A program made the translations under genes and the position numbers. The notes under the pieces were generated by a model, which was not told the origin of the DNA, made no database searches, and saw only the letters and a program-made list of their open reading frames with translations. From Callorhinchus milii (Eukaryota), in assembly GCF_018977255.1 (NCBI RefSeq), contig NW_024704743.1, positions 53,632,001 through 53,696,000 on the forward strand: 64,000 nucleotides of DNA. Reading direction: 5' to 3'. Shown here one piece after another: positions 1-13,997 of the stretch; the stretch's first letter is position 1; the number at the start of each line of letters is the position of its first letter.

Positions 1-970
1 AAATGACATTCTGTCCATCTGCGACCAGGGATCCCTCTGCCTCCTCATCCTCCTTGACCTCTGCTGCTTTTCCACACCGTCGACCACTCTATCCTCATCC
101 AACACCTTTCGTCTCACCTCAACCTCCATGGATCTGTTTCAGATCGTACCTCTCACGCCACCTCCACTTCATCTCTACAAACGGTCTCTCCTCTAGCTCG
201 TGGTGCGTTCCTCCGGGCTCTGTTCTTGGTCCCCACCTCTTCATTATCTATATGCTCCCTCTTGGTGACATACTCCACAAACATGGGGTTAACTTCCACA
301 TGTATGAGGATGACACCCAATTCTCCCTCTCTATCTCCACCCTTGACACCAGGACCACTGCTGTGCTGACAGAATGTCTGTCAGACATCGTCCTGGATCA
401 GAGCTCACTTTCTTCAGTTGAACGTCGACAAGACCGAGGCTCTCCTGATTGGCTCCCGCCAGCGCCTCCGCACCTCATGCACTGACAGCATCACCATCCA
501 TGGTTACACACTCCATCTTGCTAAGCCAGTCCAGAACCTTGGCATCTTGTTTGACCCTCAACTATCCTTTCTACCCTACATCTGCGCCATGACCCGCTCT
601 GCCTTCCCTCACCTCCGCAACATCGCCCGGCTCTGCCACTGCCTCACACCGCAGGCCGCCGAAACCCTCATACGCTTTCATTACATCGAGGCTTGACTAT
701 GCAAACTCCCTGCTTGTCGGCCTCCCCAACTCCTCCCTCCACAGGCTGTAGATCATCCAGAACTCTGCAGCCCATGTCCTCTCCCGCACCAGACTCCGTG
801 ACCTATCACCCCCGTCCTTGCCCGACTCCACTAGCTTCCCATCACACAGAGGATACAGTTCAGGATCCTGGTCCTCACCTTCAAAGCCCTCCATGGTCTT
901 GCTCCCCCCTACCTCTGAGACCTCCTAACCCCCTACCATCCTGCCCGCTCCCTCCACTCAGCGGGCTGGG
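1..970 (+). mobile_element. Degenerate L2/CR1-group LINE, RT C-terminal portion
   Basis: VPPGSVLGPHLFIIYMLPLG...FHMYEDDTQ (YADD-like), NVDKTEALLIG, NLGILFDPQLSF; frameshifts and stops. Confidence 0.85.
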
Positions 971-3900
971 TCTGCAGTACACCAAGGCACTTCTGGTGAC
1001 AGACCAGGAAGTTGCCAGGACTTTGAGGGACAGACCGGTTACTGGGGGCAGGGATATGCGTTCCAGGACGTTACCCTGCGTGAAGTTGCATCCAAGTTGT
1101 TGTTAATGTTGATTCTTTCCCCGAGGCTTCTGTATATCAAAGTTCTAATAGGGTGGTTCCAGCTGGACAAACAAGCGGAGCTTGCTAGACTGTGCTTTCA
1201 ATGGCAGACTTATAGTTTTACTTGTTTGAACTCCAGAACTTTCGCAGTATCCCAACACACACTGTAGGGACGCCAACCTCGAATCTTGCCAATTAAACTA
1301 TGTGCCTAATTCTCTCCGGAATTAGGAAATCCAGTGCATTTCTCTAGGGGTGCGCATTACATTCCAAACACAGGGAAATTCCCATGTGCATGTGACATAC
1401 ATATGCAATGCTGGAGCTTGAACAGACTATGAAGCAGTTCTCTAGGTGCTTATTGGCTTTAAATGGTTGGCTAAATTTACTACTATAAGCATAGAAACGT
1501 AACATTAGTTGAAAGCTGCAACAAGACATTTGTCACAGTAATTGTGATTATTCCTGACAAAAGCACACTTGTGTTTTGGTTACTGGTCATTTTCCCTGTG
1601 ACTGAAGATTTATCCCAGTCGTGAGTCAGTTACTGGAAGGAAATTCAGTATTTATTAATTGATAACCACTGTCTGAAGTGCATAGATATGGGACAATTCA
1701 AAGAATGTTCTTTGTTCTGCGCAGAAAAAATAACTTACATCAACAACCCGCCTTTATTTAGATATTGTTAGAACCCAATAAAATACTCTGACTCATTCAT
1801 TCCTCTGGCCGGAACAATTTGTCAAGTTTTGCTAGTCTGTGCCAGTTTCGCTGAGCAACCCGCAGCATATAATTCTGACACAGAGCAATTGCTTTTGGCA
1901 ATCAGGAATGTTTTTCATTAAAGATATCGTACACTCTTTTAACAGGCTGAAACCCAAATCACATTTTATTTATTATTTTGTCTTTTCTCCATTCTTATGC
2001 AGGCCTGTAACTTGTCGTTAAACAAGAAGATTGACACACATTTTGTTTCTCATTAACTTCCTCCCTCCCTCCTTAGCTTAGTCTAATGAAGCAGAAATCT
2101 TCTGTTTCTGCTGAGGCCATGTAATTTGGGGTAAGTTGGTAGCTATCCAAGTTAGAAGGTTGAAGGTTTAACCTCATGATGTATACAATGCAGTCCTGAG
2201 AGAACACTATTGGAAGTTTCAACCTTTTGATGATACTTTAAAGCAAGTTTATATCCATTTGTTCTGGTGTTTCAGGTAGATGTAAATGCTCCTATAGCGT
2301 TATTGTAAAATAATATTTAATGTCCCCAAGATCCTTGCTAATAAACTTTCCTTGGAAACTTCACCAAAAAAATAGACTAACTTGTCATTGCTGGAAAAGT
2401 TATTGAATGCTATTTGTGGGACATTGCTGCTATAGACTAACTACTATGTTTTCTACATAATAAGTCACTACGCTTCTCAATAACTCATTGTTTGATGCAT
2501 TTTGAGAGAATTCAGTGATAAGATCTTGTATCAAATGCAATAATTTATTCTAAATAAGATTTTTATTTGATCTGCAGATTGGCGGATACAGGGGGAAACC
2601 CATCACCATGCAAACACAGGATCCAAACATCCAAACACAAAGTTCCATGTATGTATGCCAATTCTGTGTATGGAATGCATACTGTTTCCCTGGAGGGACA
2701 CACCCTGTTTGCCTTATTCTTGAGTGCATTCCATCCCACAGTCACTTTGCCTTGCTCCCTCCATTGCCTCCTCCAAGATACGTCTCAAGACCCACTGCTT
2801 CGACGGCATCTTCGGACACCTCCTACCCCTACTTTCTTTGCCTTCCACCCTCCCTGATCCCAACCCCCTGCTAGAGTCCAAATCCCTGACTATCCAGCGC
2901 CTTGGAACTTCCTCCCAATGTGAAAGTCGCTTTACAAATGTAATTTGTTATTGTTGTGTATTGGTAAGAGCCAAGTCTTGGAGGCCCCATTGTGGAATTG
3001 GGGTACTGCTGAAGTCTCACCAGCTAAAGCTTGTCATTGAGGGCATTGCCTGGCAAGCTTCCTGTTGCTTGTCCAGCTACAACCACCCCTCCTGTTTGGC
3101 CTTTGGCTTGTAGAGCTGAATGGGAAGAATTCTGCTCCCAGTAACCAATCTGCTCCTCCAAGTTCTGCTAATGAGTCAGACTAACTGGTCTATCATCAAC
3201 AGTGCTCTGGAGTACAACAGACCTTCCTGGCTTAAGAACCAGAGTACTTAGACTGCCACAGAAGAATGATTCAATTCTGACATTCTGCTGTCAAGCATGT
3301 CACCTTAGGGTCCCAAGGTGCTGGACAAACAGAGTTTCAGACCCAAGCTGGGGGGCGGAATCGGGGAGGGTGGAAGGCAGGTTCTTGAGATGGGTTTTGA
3401 CGGAGGCAAGGGAGGGGGTGAAATGGAGGGTCTGCGGGATGGAGAATTTGCCTGTTCACAGTGTGGGGGCAGAGTGGCAGAAGGCCACCCAGCAATAGTG
3501 GGGCAAGCGATGCGGGGGACGTGAAGCAGGACGGAGCCCACTGAGTGGAGGGAGAAACTCATCTGAAGCTAGAATGGTTTATTTGGCCATGAATCCCCAG
3601 CATAGTGATGATTTACTAGTTCTGACAGACATCTCACAAACTCAGACAACCACAACAAATTGCATTGAATATAGTACCTTTCGCGTTGGTAGGACTTCCC
3701 AAAGTGTTGGACAGTCATTTAGTTAAGAAAAATAAATGTTGTATGTTTGCTATTTGTATGTATATTTGAGCATCAATAAACATAGTCACTGCAGCTTGAA
3801 AGTGGGGAGAATATCGCGCACCTGAGGGAACGTAGCTGATCTGTGTAAACTGGGCCCTTGTGCTTCAGGTCAGCTGAAAAAGGTGTTAATGTTTTTTTTA

Positions 3901-4084
3901 TTTCCTGCAATCTACATTTGATGGACCCAGGTTTGATAAATGAAAGTGAGATCTGTCGAATTGCATATTGTTGCATTGCATAATTTCCTTTTGTCACAAC
4001 TTTAAGCTCCAATTCGAGACATTCAACTTGTATAGTCTGGACTGACGCTCCAGCACAATACTCTGGGAGCAATGGAAAGGTGAG

Positions 4085-4390
4085 TGTGCTGTCCTTTGAA
4101 TGAGATGTTAAACTGAGGTCTTATTTGCCTGTTCAAGCGAACATTAAAGATCCCATTGAACTTTTTTTCGAAAAGAGAAGGGAGTTTCTCTCAGTGTGTT
4201 CGGCAACAATCCTCCAATTAAAATTGGGCATTCACTTCATGGCAACTTGTGGGACATTATTGTGCACAAATTGGATTCATCTACAAAATGCAAGGTTACT
4301 ACACTTCACAGTAAATCCTGTGAAGCGTTTTGAGATGTCCTCCTGTTGTGAAAGGCACTACATCAAACACAAGGATTAATATTATTATTT
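4085..4390 (+). mobile_element. Deu-domain-like SINE
   Basis: GATGAGATGTTAAACTGAGGTC...TTAAAGATCCCAT...GAAAAGAGAAGGGAGTTTCTC resembles the DeuSINE central domain (from memory). Related copies at ~11620-11915(-), 13430-13600, 37440-37700, 42060-42380, 44620-44910(-), 60870-61000. Confidence 0.6.
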
Positions 4391-5098
4391 CATATTTCTT
4401 CAGATTGTAAGACTGGAAGTCAACAGAAGGTCACAGAAAGCTGGTAGAACTGAGGCTGTGGTTAGAAATACAATAAATAAGTTGGTTTAAGTGAGAGTAA
4501 ATCAGGATGGCACTGTTCATTCTAGCCTGGAGCCAAATTATCAATGAGGACAGTATGAAGTGGGAATATTAGTGTACCACACCATCAGTATCAATCACAG
4601 GGACTGTACTGCCAGTAACCATGAAATTATATTTTATTGTGGGTGGAATTTCTTGCTCATCAAGATGTGAAACGTCAGATTAACTTGAAAGTTCCTTTCT
4701 TCACCAATTCTCTCTCTCGCCTGACAAAACCCAAACATCCAAATAAAATGTATGACCTCTGCCCAACAACAAGAACAAATTGCATTTATCAAGTGCCTTT
4801 CACATCGGGAGGATGTCCCAAAGCGCTGGACAGTGAAGGGTTTGCACCCGAGTTGGGGACTGGAGTCAAGCTCCTCTGTCCACTTTCCCATGAGAGGATC
4901 TGCTCTGCTCCCTCTGGCCTTTCTGCTGGCAAAAGTGCCGTCAACTGTACCAGGCTGACACCTAATTGGATACATTTAGTTGCGCAACTCCTTTTGTTCC
5001 CCAATTCTACTTTTATATGTTACATGAGCAACACGGACATGGGCAAAATAAAAGACAGATAATTGCAGAGCTCAGTCAAGTATCTCTTATTTTTCCTT

Positions 5099-5595
5099 TT
5101 TATTGCAAAAAAATCTTCTTCATAGTATGTATATAAATAAATATATATTGTTATACATAAAAATAGTTTCATATTATTTTATTAAATACTAGTTAATAAT
5201 TTATTATCAATAAATAATAAAAGTTGCATAGCTATTTCACTAGAAATGTCACACACTGTGGACATTCAGGTTTAGAGACTTTTGTTGCAGCCAGTACCAA
5301 TAGCCACTTTGATCTCAGTACAAACCAAAGTAATTCACAGCATACTTAGCAGAAAATTATAAAACGGTATTTAGCTCAACAAGTACAGATTCGTCGTTCC
5401 AGTAAATAAATATTAATTTAACATATTATAAATAGCCATCTTCACATTATTATTTCCAGTCTCACAAAACTGAACCAAAACTAATTTTCTTGGTTCTGAA
5501 TACAGAACAACTTTGTCATCCACCACAGAAGCAGATTTTATCCAGGAACATGTTTGAACTAAAACGTTCATACAATGAAGTTGTTGCTGTTATTA
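5099..5595 (-). promoter_or_regulatory. Gene A 3'UTR with AU-rich elements, two hairpins and candidate polyA signal
   Basis: AUUUA motifs (e.g. AUUUAUUUA 5411-5403); hairpins at 5555-5570 and 5493-5508; AATAAA on minus at 5104-5099 (others nearby). Confidence 0.6.
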
Positions 5596-8500
5596 TTACA
5601 CAGCTCCAGGGACCGATTTCATGAATCGAATGGCTCGGACCGTGCTCTCCATAAAGAAAGCAAATTTTCTGAGAATCACGTGAACTCTCACTTGCCTATC
5701 CCATTCTGTTTGCGAAGACATGTCTGGGTTCAAAGCCTCCTGGTTACTTTCATCCTGTTGTGTAATGTCCCCTTTTACATTTCTCTAGAAAAGAGGAAAC
5801 AAACTGAGTTTAGGAATTTAGGTTCATTTCCTAGTCCAAGAATACATTAGAATAACAAAATAGGATGACTTTGTAACTAGGATGATTACCCTCTGAGACT
5901 GGCAATGACAAGAGGTTATTTGAGGATGATTGTTTATTGAAGAATTGAAGAGAAATCGTGAAGGCTCATCATTTAGGTTTAAAAAAATAACAGAGAAAAC
6001 AAAGTGCTTTGTTGATGTACGATTTGGGGTTTAAAACCTGTAAATAGTAGGAGGAAGGCAAGGCATGGAAGTAAGAAGTTCCACAGTCTTGAGCTCCTGG
6101 TAAGGAATAACTTAGAGTGAGAGAGGGTGTGATATCATCTAGACAAGATCAGCAGCAAATTAGACAGATTTCTGATACTGCCTATCATGACACCCACTTT
6201 CTTGTGTTTACAAGGATTCTGGATTAACTGCTAGTTGTCATTTCTCTCCAGCAATTGCTTCACCAGTTTATACATAGGACTACTTGTCCAGAACAGGCTC
6301 AACGACTTTGCAAGAGCAAAAAAAAATGACTTAAGTAACAAAGGTTCTTCCAATTGTAAAGTTTATGCAACCAGAACTTAGACTTTCTGTCACGCCCATT
6401 TCCTGAATTGTATAATAGTTTAGAAGGACTTCTCTTTTCTCGACTGAATTTGTCACATCTTTTTCCAGTATGTCTTAGACTAACAAACCAACTCATTTTT
6501 AAACTAAATGTCAATTCGAAGGTGTAACAAAATATTGACTGCAGTTTATGGTCTACAGCTATATTGCACATCAGGTAACAAAGAAAAATCTAATGTTTAG
6601 AAACGTAGGAAAAATCCCACTCTCTTTAATGGTTTTGAACAACTCAATACAATGTATAAACTTGGTTAATGTACCGAATGACAAAGGCCTGGATTAGCCA
6701 AACCAAACAGCCCTTTGACCTATCAGTTTATTTACAGTTATAAGGAGATCAAAGAAGAAGAAAAAAACTTAACTACAGTTGCCAAAATGCTGACTCAGGA
6801 AATGTTACTCTGTACAGCAATTGCATTCATAATAATAATCCTTGCATTTGATATAGCGCTTTTCATGTCTTCTAGATGTCTCAAAGCGCTTCACAGAATA
6901 CACTGTAAAGTGAATTGACTGTATATTTTGTGGGCGAATCGCGGCAGCCAATTGTTCCACAAACAGTCGTGGTTTGAAGCAACCAATTTTTTTTTCGTTG
7001 AGGGATTATTATCAGGCGTGTGGAGTAAGGAAATTTGCCCATGGTTTTTTACTGCCGGGAATCGAGCCCAGGTCTCTCGCTTGCAAGGCGAGTGCTCTAA
7101 CCACTGAGCTACAGGACTCCACATTCATTGACTGAGGGCTCATTGCTTTAGCTTAATCCACTGCTCCACCATTTACCACTTAATTAATATTGTGACTTGT
7201 TCACACAGTCAGTGCATGCTGTGTGCGGTTATTACCTGGAGCAGCAGTAAATCCACCAAATTGCTAATGCTGCCCAATATTGCGCCCACTTGCTGGTTTC
7301 CATTCCCGATCAATTGATTCACAAATAACAGGTGCCGTCTGTATCCTTTCAGACCTCTGACAATACTTGTCAAACATTTTTCCTACAAGAATCAATAAAA
7401 AATATGATTATTGAGACTGGCACATGAATTCGAAAGCAGAGAGTAAGAAACGATCATTTGGGACATAAGGCCCACTCCCTCCACACACCAGAACAACAAA
7501 TCACTGTATCCCACTAGGCATTTTGTTCTCTTCAACCGTGCCTTCAGCTCCCCTCTCGACTCTCTAACCCCTCCTCGCTCCCTCCCTTCCCTCCCCCTGA
7601 CCATTTCCCCCCTGCTCAGGTCCCGACCTAACTGTCCAGCGCCTTGGGACGTCCTCCCGACGTGAAAGGCGCTCTATAAATGCAATGTTGTTGTTGTTCA
7701 TCTCAGTCTGCAGTTATATCTATCTCCTCCGTACTGTATTTCAAGCAGATCCTATTGAATAGTGTTCTGAAGATATCAATTGCTTTTGCTGGGAGTCTGT
7801 TCTACATATTCCACGACTCTATGGAGAAATTATTCTGACTGTAATCCTTTAGGCTTTTAATTTTTTCTTCTATCCTCCTGGTCCAATTATCCTAGTTGCA
7901 TCATTCTACACCATATATGCTTCTTATAATTTTGAAGACCTGAATTGTGTTTCCCTACAACCTTTTTTTCTAATGAGAATAATTTCAGCTTTGTTAGTCT
8001 CTCTTCATATCTTGGAGTTCTCAGTCCCAGAGTAGCTCATCTTTGAACCTTCCTAAACCTTCAGCAAGGTCTATAAAATGCCCCTCAGGTACATGGTAAC
8101 ATTTCTGGTGCCTTGATGCTTGGAAAAACTACCTCAAAACGTAAATAGCATTTTTTGTATGAAAACTTCTGCATGAAAACCACTGACAAGAGATTAGTCA
8201 ACAAGACACCCAGAGATTTAAAACTGAATAAGAATATTTTCTTTTCCTGGTGTTGTAATTAGTTACAAATTATTTATCAATCAACTTTTAGGACTATCCT
8301 AATGTTTGTGGGATATTGCTATACGCAAGATTGGTTGCTGCGTTTGCCTTTAAGACACGCAGTCACTACATTTTACAAGAAATCCTATGAGGCATATTAA
8401 CCTGATGTGAAAGGTGTCGAGTCAAATATAATGATTATTATAGAATTGATGTCACAGTTGCCATATCTTTCAGTGTACACAGAAGGTGCCACTAACAATG

Positions 8501-10188
8501 TAGACTTCTCCCAAGATGGATCAACATTAATAACATTACCCTAAGAAATAATAGTATATTTTTCAAAATGCACTAAACTGATTTCAAGACAGCAGTCTAA
8601 TTTGAGCACAACAAAAACAACTTATTTATATCGCGCCCTTCACACAGGATAAAGTCTAGGATCACTTCAGCATGGTTGGGTTGGACACCGAGCGAGAAGG
8701 AGGACGGGGAGTGACAATAGGTGCAGTTGAAGAGCTAAGTCTTCAAATGGGATTTAAAGCTAAATAAAGAGTGGGAGAGGTGGAGGGATTGAGGCGTGGA
8801 CTTCCAAGATTAGGGGTGTAGTATTCATATAAAATTAAAGTTTGCTCTTAACCCATAGATTGTAAAGTGCACTGTCAGTACTACTTTGAAATCACATCAG
8901 TCCCAGGTATCCTTCATTCTATGGAAATCACTTGATCCGTATTACATTAATGGAGAGAATTTAAAATTGCAATGGAATTGTAATTAAAATTGTAATCTTT
9001 AAGAAAGAATTTTTTAAAAAATTACCTTTCGGAATCCCCTTCTGAAACATCCATCTTCCTTTCTGATCTGAGGCAGCTCCATGGTATATGTTTGCAGCGA
9101 ACTCATATCCCCGTCACACATGGAGAAGTATTCACACAACTGAAAGAAATCAAACGAATATATCACTATTAACAACAACAACAACAAGATTACATTTATA
9201 GAGCAGCTTTCACGTCGGGAGGACATTCCAAGGCGCTGGACAGTTGGGTTGGGACCCGAGCAGGGGGGAAATGGTCAGGGTGAGGGGAGGGAAGGGAGGG
9301 AGCGAGGAGGGGGCAGAGAGTCGAGAGAGGAGCTGAAGACACAACAATGACAACAGCAACTTGGATTTATATAGTGTCCCTCACACAGGATAGTGCCTCA
9401 GAGCACTTGACAGTGGCAGAGCACGATGCTGAGCCGGGGGGAGGTGACCGTAGGCACGGTTGAAGAGGAGGGTCTTCTGGTTCTGACCTGAAGATGGGGA
9501 AGGTGGGGGCAAGGTGGTGGGATAGAAGAAGAGTTTGGGAGCGTAGTGGCTGAAAGCGCAGCCGCCGATGGTGGAATGGAGGGCAAGAGAGACAAGACAG
9601 AGGCCAATAACAGTTAATAATCGTATCACAAGGACAACACAACCTTATAAACGCATTGTAATAGGTAAACTGCTCTTACACACACTGGAGTCCTTCCAGT
9701 CACTATACTGCACAGTGAATCCCTATGAAGTGTGCTGGGGCGTTTTGGACGGTGTGAAAAGCCAGTTACAAAATGAAGGATGAATATTAAATTGTAAAGT
9801 GTAAATAACACAGTTTGTCTCAGCCCTCGGCCACTGCAGGTGAATGCCTCACTGACCCACACCCCACTCAGCTGTGTTGGCTTTACCTGCTGTTTGAGCT
9901 GTTCCACGGCAGCACTTCGGAGAAACCGAACTAAAGGCTCCAAATTCAAATTGGTGATATAGGGGTTGGATCCGGAATAGTCTTCAGCTGCTTCTGAGGA
10001 GTCAGGCAGGGGGGAAGCAGCGGCTCCAGGCAGGAAGGTTCCCAGGCTCAGCATCAACACCAGGGCAATCTGGCAAAGGGCTGGAAAGAAACACAAGGAG
10101 AGTCAGTCAGTGGCAAATTTATGTAAAGAGAGGCTGGGCTGTAAAGATTAGACATTGGTGGTTAATACTAACATGGTAAAGAGGGCAT
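5596..10188 (-). CDS. il6: Interleukin-6-like cytokine, gene A (type 1), 5 coding exons, 219 aa
   Basis: Exons 10188-10173 (16 nt, MPSLP+T), 10080-9887 (194), 9139-9026 (114), 7382-7236 (147), 5784-5596 (189 incl. TAA). All introns GT-AG, phases 1,0,0,0; exon 3/4 sizes equal those recalled for human IL6. Protein: [31 protein letters not shown]...|[56 protein letters not shown]...|...[36 protein letters not shown]. Matches the IL-6 family signature C-x9-C-x6-G-L-x2-[FY]-x3-L and has a signal peptide. Confidence 0.92.
6829..7120 (-). mobile_element. tRNA-derived SINE (in intron 4 of gene A)
   Basis: Head GGAGTCCTGTAGCTCAGTGGTTAGAGCACTCGC with A/B boxes, conserved body, tail GCAAGGATTATTATT; many copies in the window. 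Confidence 0.85.
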
Positions 10189-10283
10189 GGCTGAGAATTA
10201 GCAAGTAGTCTGTCTGTCTGTCTGTCTCAGGACCGTCTCTGATGGTGTCCAAGAAAGAGTTTGGTCTCCACAGGGCATCCTGG

Positions 10284-10398
10284 CTATTTATTTTGTCGAG
10301 CATTGCTCTCTGGCTTTCCCGGTGGAAACCCCAAGTGTGAGACATGCATTGTGTCAAGAGAGGAAAAATCCCAAACCACTGCACAATCGAAACTGACG
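10284..10398 (-). promoter_or_regulatory. Gene A proximal promoter (TATA-like, NF-kB x3, C/EBP-like, CRE half site)
   Basis: Minus strand: AAATAAATAG 10293-10284; GGGAAAGCC ~10320-10312; GGGGTTTCC 10332-10324; GGGATTTTTCC 10372-10362; ATTGTGCAGT 10387-10378; CRE half site (TGACG on +) 10394-10398. Motif match only. Confidence 0.7.
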
Positions 10399-10610
10399 AG
10401 ATCCCCCACAGAGTGGAAGTGCGATTTCCAAATCATTTATTGTAAGTAAACGTACAGAGCTACAAGTGCAGTGAAATACAGTGAAATTGTCCTTTTCACT
10501 TTAAATAAAAGGCTAAAGTAGGAAATGTCACTTAAATATGTGGCCAAAGGAGCTCAATTCAAGCTGTACAAAAGGGTTGTTGGATATTAAGCTTTTGTTT
10601 TACCAATAGA

Positions 10611-10923
10611 ATAATAATAATAATCCTTGCATTTGATATAGCACTTTTCACGTCAGGAGGACGTCCCAAAGCGCTTCACAGAACACACTGTAAAGTGAAT
10701 TGACTATATTTGTGGGTGAACGCAGCAGCGAATTGCGCACAGCAATGTCCCACAAACGGCTGCAGATTGAAAATGACCAATTTATTATTGTTTTTGGTTT
10801 TAGAGGGATTATTATTAGGTGTGTGGAGTAAGGAAACTTGCCCAAGGTTTCGCCCTGCCTGGAATTGAACTCAGGTCTCTCGCTTGCAAAGCGAGTGCTC
10901 TAACCACTGAGCTGCAGGACTCC
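10611..10923 (-). mobile_element. tRNA-derived SINE
   Basis: Full head-body-(TTA)n copy of the same family. Confidence 0.85.
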
Positions 10924-13900
10924 ACCATAACTAACCAAATAGAAATAACTAATAACATGAGATACCCATACCAAGGCAATAGCTGGCTCTTGCAACAACA
11001 TAGCAGGTGGGAAAAAGTGTCTTGTGACTGAAGTAGGACTTCTCACCCAGATACTTGGAGCAAGCAGGGAGAATATGTCTAAATTTGTCCTTGCATAAGG
11101 AGTCACCCATCCCAAGGATGGACGACTCAGTCTGATTGAGAAGTAAAATAGATAAAGACATGAATTAACTGATGGTGGCAACTGATTGAAATTTAATGTT
11201 AACATTTCAGCCATTCTTCGCTCACAAAGGAAGGATAATAAAGCAAAGTCCAACAGGTTCAGTAAAGTAGATATGAAATGGATGTTAAAGCTTTGATTCA
11301 GGATAAATGCTAAGAGATTTGGAGTGGCATATTCAAAGTTCAGATTCTGGGATTCGAAAGGTGAGAGGTCAGAGTTTCACAAAGAGAGATGTCAACAATC
11401 AAAATCTCTATGGCAATCCTGCTACGAAAGGAAGAAAACAGCAACAAAATTACATTTGCAAATTGCCTTTCACGTTGGGAAGTTGCTGAATAAAGACTTT
11501 TGAAAAACTTTATTCAACGGAACAAACATTACAGAATGTTACCAAAAGTCAAGTTACCCATCAAACCATAAAGAACACTGACAGGCAGAAATACCCAAGA
11601 TACAAAGAGGACAAAAATAATAATAATCCTTGCATTTGATATAGCGCCTTATCAAGTCGGAAAGATGCCTCAAAGCACTTCACTGGATACACTGTGAAAT
11701 GAATTCACTGTGCATTTGCTGGCAAATGCGGCAGCACAGTTGTGAACAGCAATATCCCACAAACAGCCATGAAATGAATGATCAATTTTATTTGAGGAAT
11801 TGTTGGCTAGGATACTGGGAGAAACTCCCTTGTCTTTTTGAATAGTGCTAGGGGTCTCTAATGTCCACCTGAACAGGCAGACGGGACTATTGTTTAACAT
11901 CTCATCCAAAAGACATTGGAAGGGAAATCGCCAGTCAAAGAGAGAGAGATGTTTTAAGAAACCATATTGGTCAAGACCCAAGAAGGCAAAGCTATCAATA
12001 ATAATATTGCTAACAATATTTCAAGATTCTCACCCTTGTATTCAGGTCCCTGCACTCCTCTGCACCCCCCTACCTCTCTGACCTCCTCTCTCCTCAAAAC
12101 AGTACCCGTTGCCTTCGTTCCTCCGGGTCTGGCCTCCTCCTTCAGCCACTATGCCCCGAGGCTCTGGAACTGCCTTCCTCACTCCCTTCGTCTCGCTCCC
12201 TCCCTTCCCATTTTCAGGTCTCTGCTGAAGAATCTTTCTTTTCGACCGCGCCTTTGGTCACCTTCCTCCCCCTCCCCCTGGTTCGGTCCCGGGATCCGTG
12301 ACTGTAAAGCGCTCTGAGACGCCGTCCGGCATGGAGGGCGCTATATAAATCCAAGTTGTAGTTGTTGTTGTTGTAACAATACTTCTTTGAATTAAGTTTG
12401 TGCCTGGAACATGTACAGCAAGTCCATCTGCCTCAATGTCATCCAATACATCTTTGAGGAATGGGATCTTTAACATACACCCGAACAAGCAGATGGGACA
12501 TCAGTTAAAGATTTGGCCATGTGTGTCTGTTAGGTGTAGCATGATTGAGAAACTCCTCTGCCAGAATCTTAATTTATCCCCAGTGCTTTGAACCTGCGAC
12601 CAAAGTATCTCAGCTTGGAATCCCGGCAGTTACTCAAAATCAAAGGTCTCCACATTTTAGCAATTTTATCAATATCAACTGCCCATGACCTCTATCAGAA
12701 ATATGTTTCTGAAAATAGTGATTAACAATCCCAATAAAAATAAAGGCACAATGAACAGAATATCTGTGATAACATCAAGGACAGCTGAGCGCTCCCAATG
12801 CACAGTGCTTTCTTTAGACTCAAATTCTAATGATTTATTTATTTTAATAAAAACTCTGATGATTAGATTATTTTATGGGATGGAAATACTTCAATTTGAA
12901 GTAAATATTAGGTTCAATGTACTGAATATTGAGTACATTTCCTTACTGTACTCTTATAATCAGGATCGCACTGTGCAATCCCAATTTGTGGCACCTGTAC
13001 CAAAACTTCGCAATAACCCAATTCTTGCCAGGCTCCACTGGTTCCCTGTCTCTGAAAGGATAAATTTCAAGTTCCTCACCCTCATGCATAAATATTCTTC
13101 AAGCCTAGCACCTGCTATCTCTCTGATCTGCTCATACCTCACTCCTATACTTACTCTATCGTTCAGCAGACACTAGCCTGCTGTGCATCCTCGACCCATC
13201 TGGGCCAGCATCAATGGCCATGCCATCAGTCACTGTACCCTTAAACTCTGAAACTCCCTGCCTTAATCTCTCCACCTCGCCCCTCTTTATCTATCTTTAA
13301 ATCCCACCTTCAGATCGCGCCTTTGATCACGCCTATGGTCATCTCCCCCTCCATCTTCTCCTTCTCCCTTGTCTGGTGTCTAATCTTATCACTGTGCAGC
13401 ACTCTGAGATGCGAAATTGTTGGCGTTTCCATCCTTCGGATGAGATGTGAAATTGAGGTCCCATCTGCCTGTTCAATTCAACATTAAAGATCCCACCAAA
13501 CCTTTCAAAAAGATAAAGGCGTTTCTCTCATTATCATGGCCATCAATCCCTCCAACTAACATTGGTCATTCACTCCATGGCTGTGTGCAAATTGACTGTT
13601 AAGTCAATATAATATATATATGCTTTCACTCGGTAATATTATCCACAGGCATGGGATTAACTTCCACCTATATGTGGACACCCAACACTATCTATCTGTT
13701 TCATCCCACTCAACTCCTGCAACCCAAAGCCCTAATGGGTAGGGTGATCCGAGGTGGACAATCAGTGGGAAAGCTTGCCAGACAGCAATATCAATGGAAA
13801 CTACGCGTTTTTAGCTGGTTAGACTCCAGCAGTACCTCACCGCACACTCTGGGGTCCCAAGCCTTGGCTCTTGCCAACCTGCGCCTAATACTTTCCAGAA

Positions 13901-13997
13901 TTAGATAAGCAGGATGTGTTCCATTCAGGGAGAGAGTGCGCATTCCATTCCAACAATCTATCTCTGGGATTTCCATGTGTAGGTGGGATAATAATAT

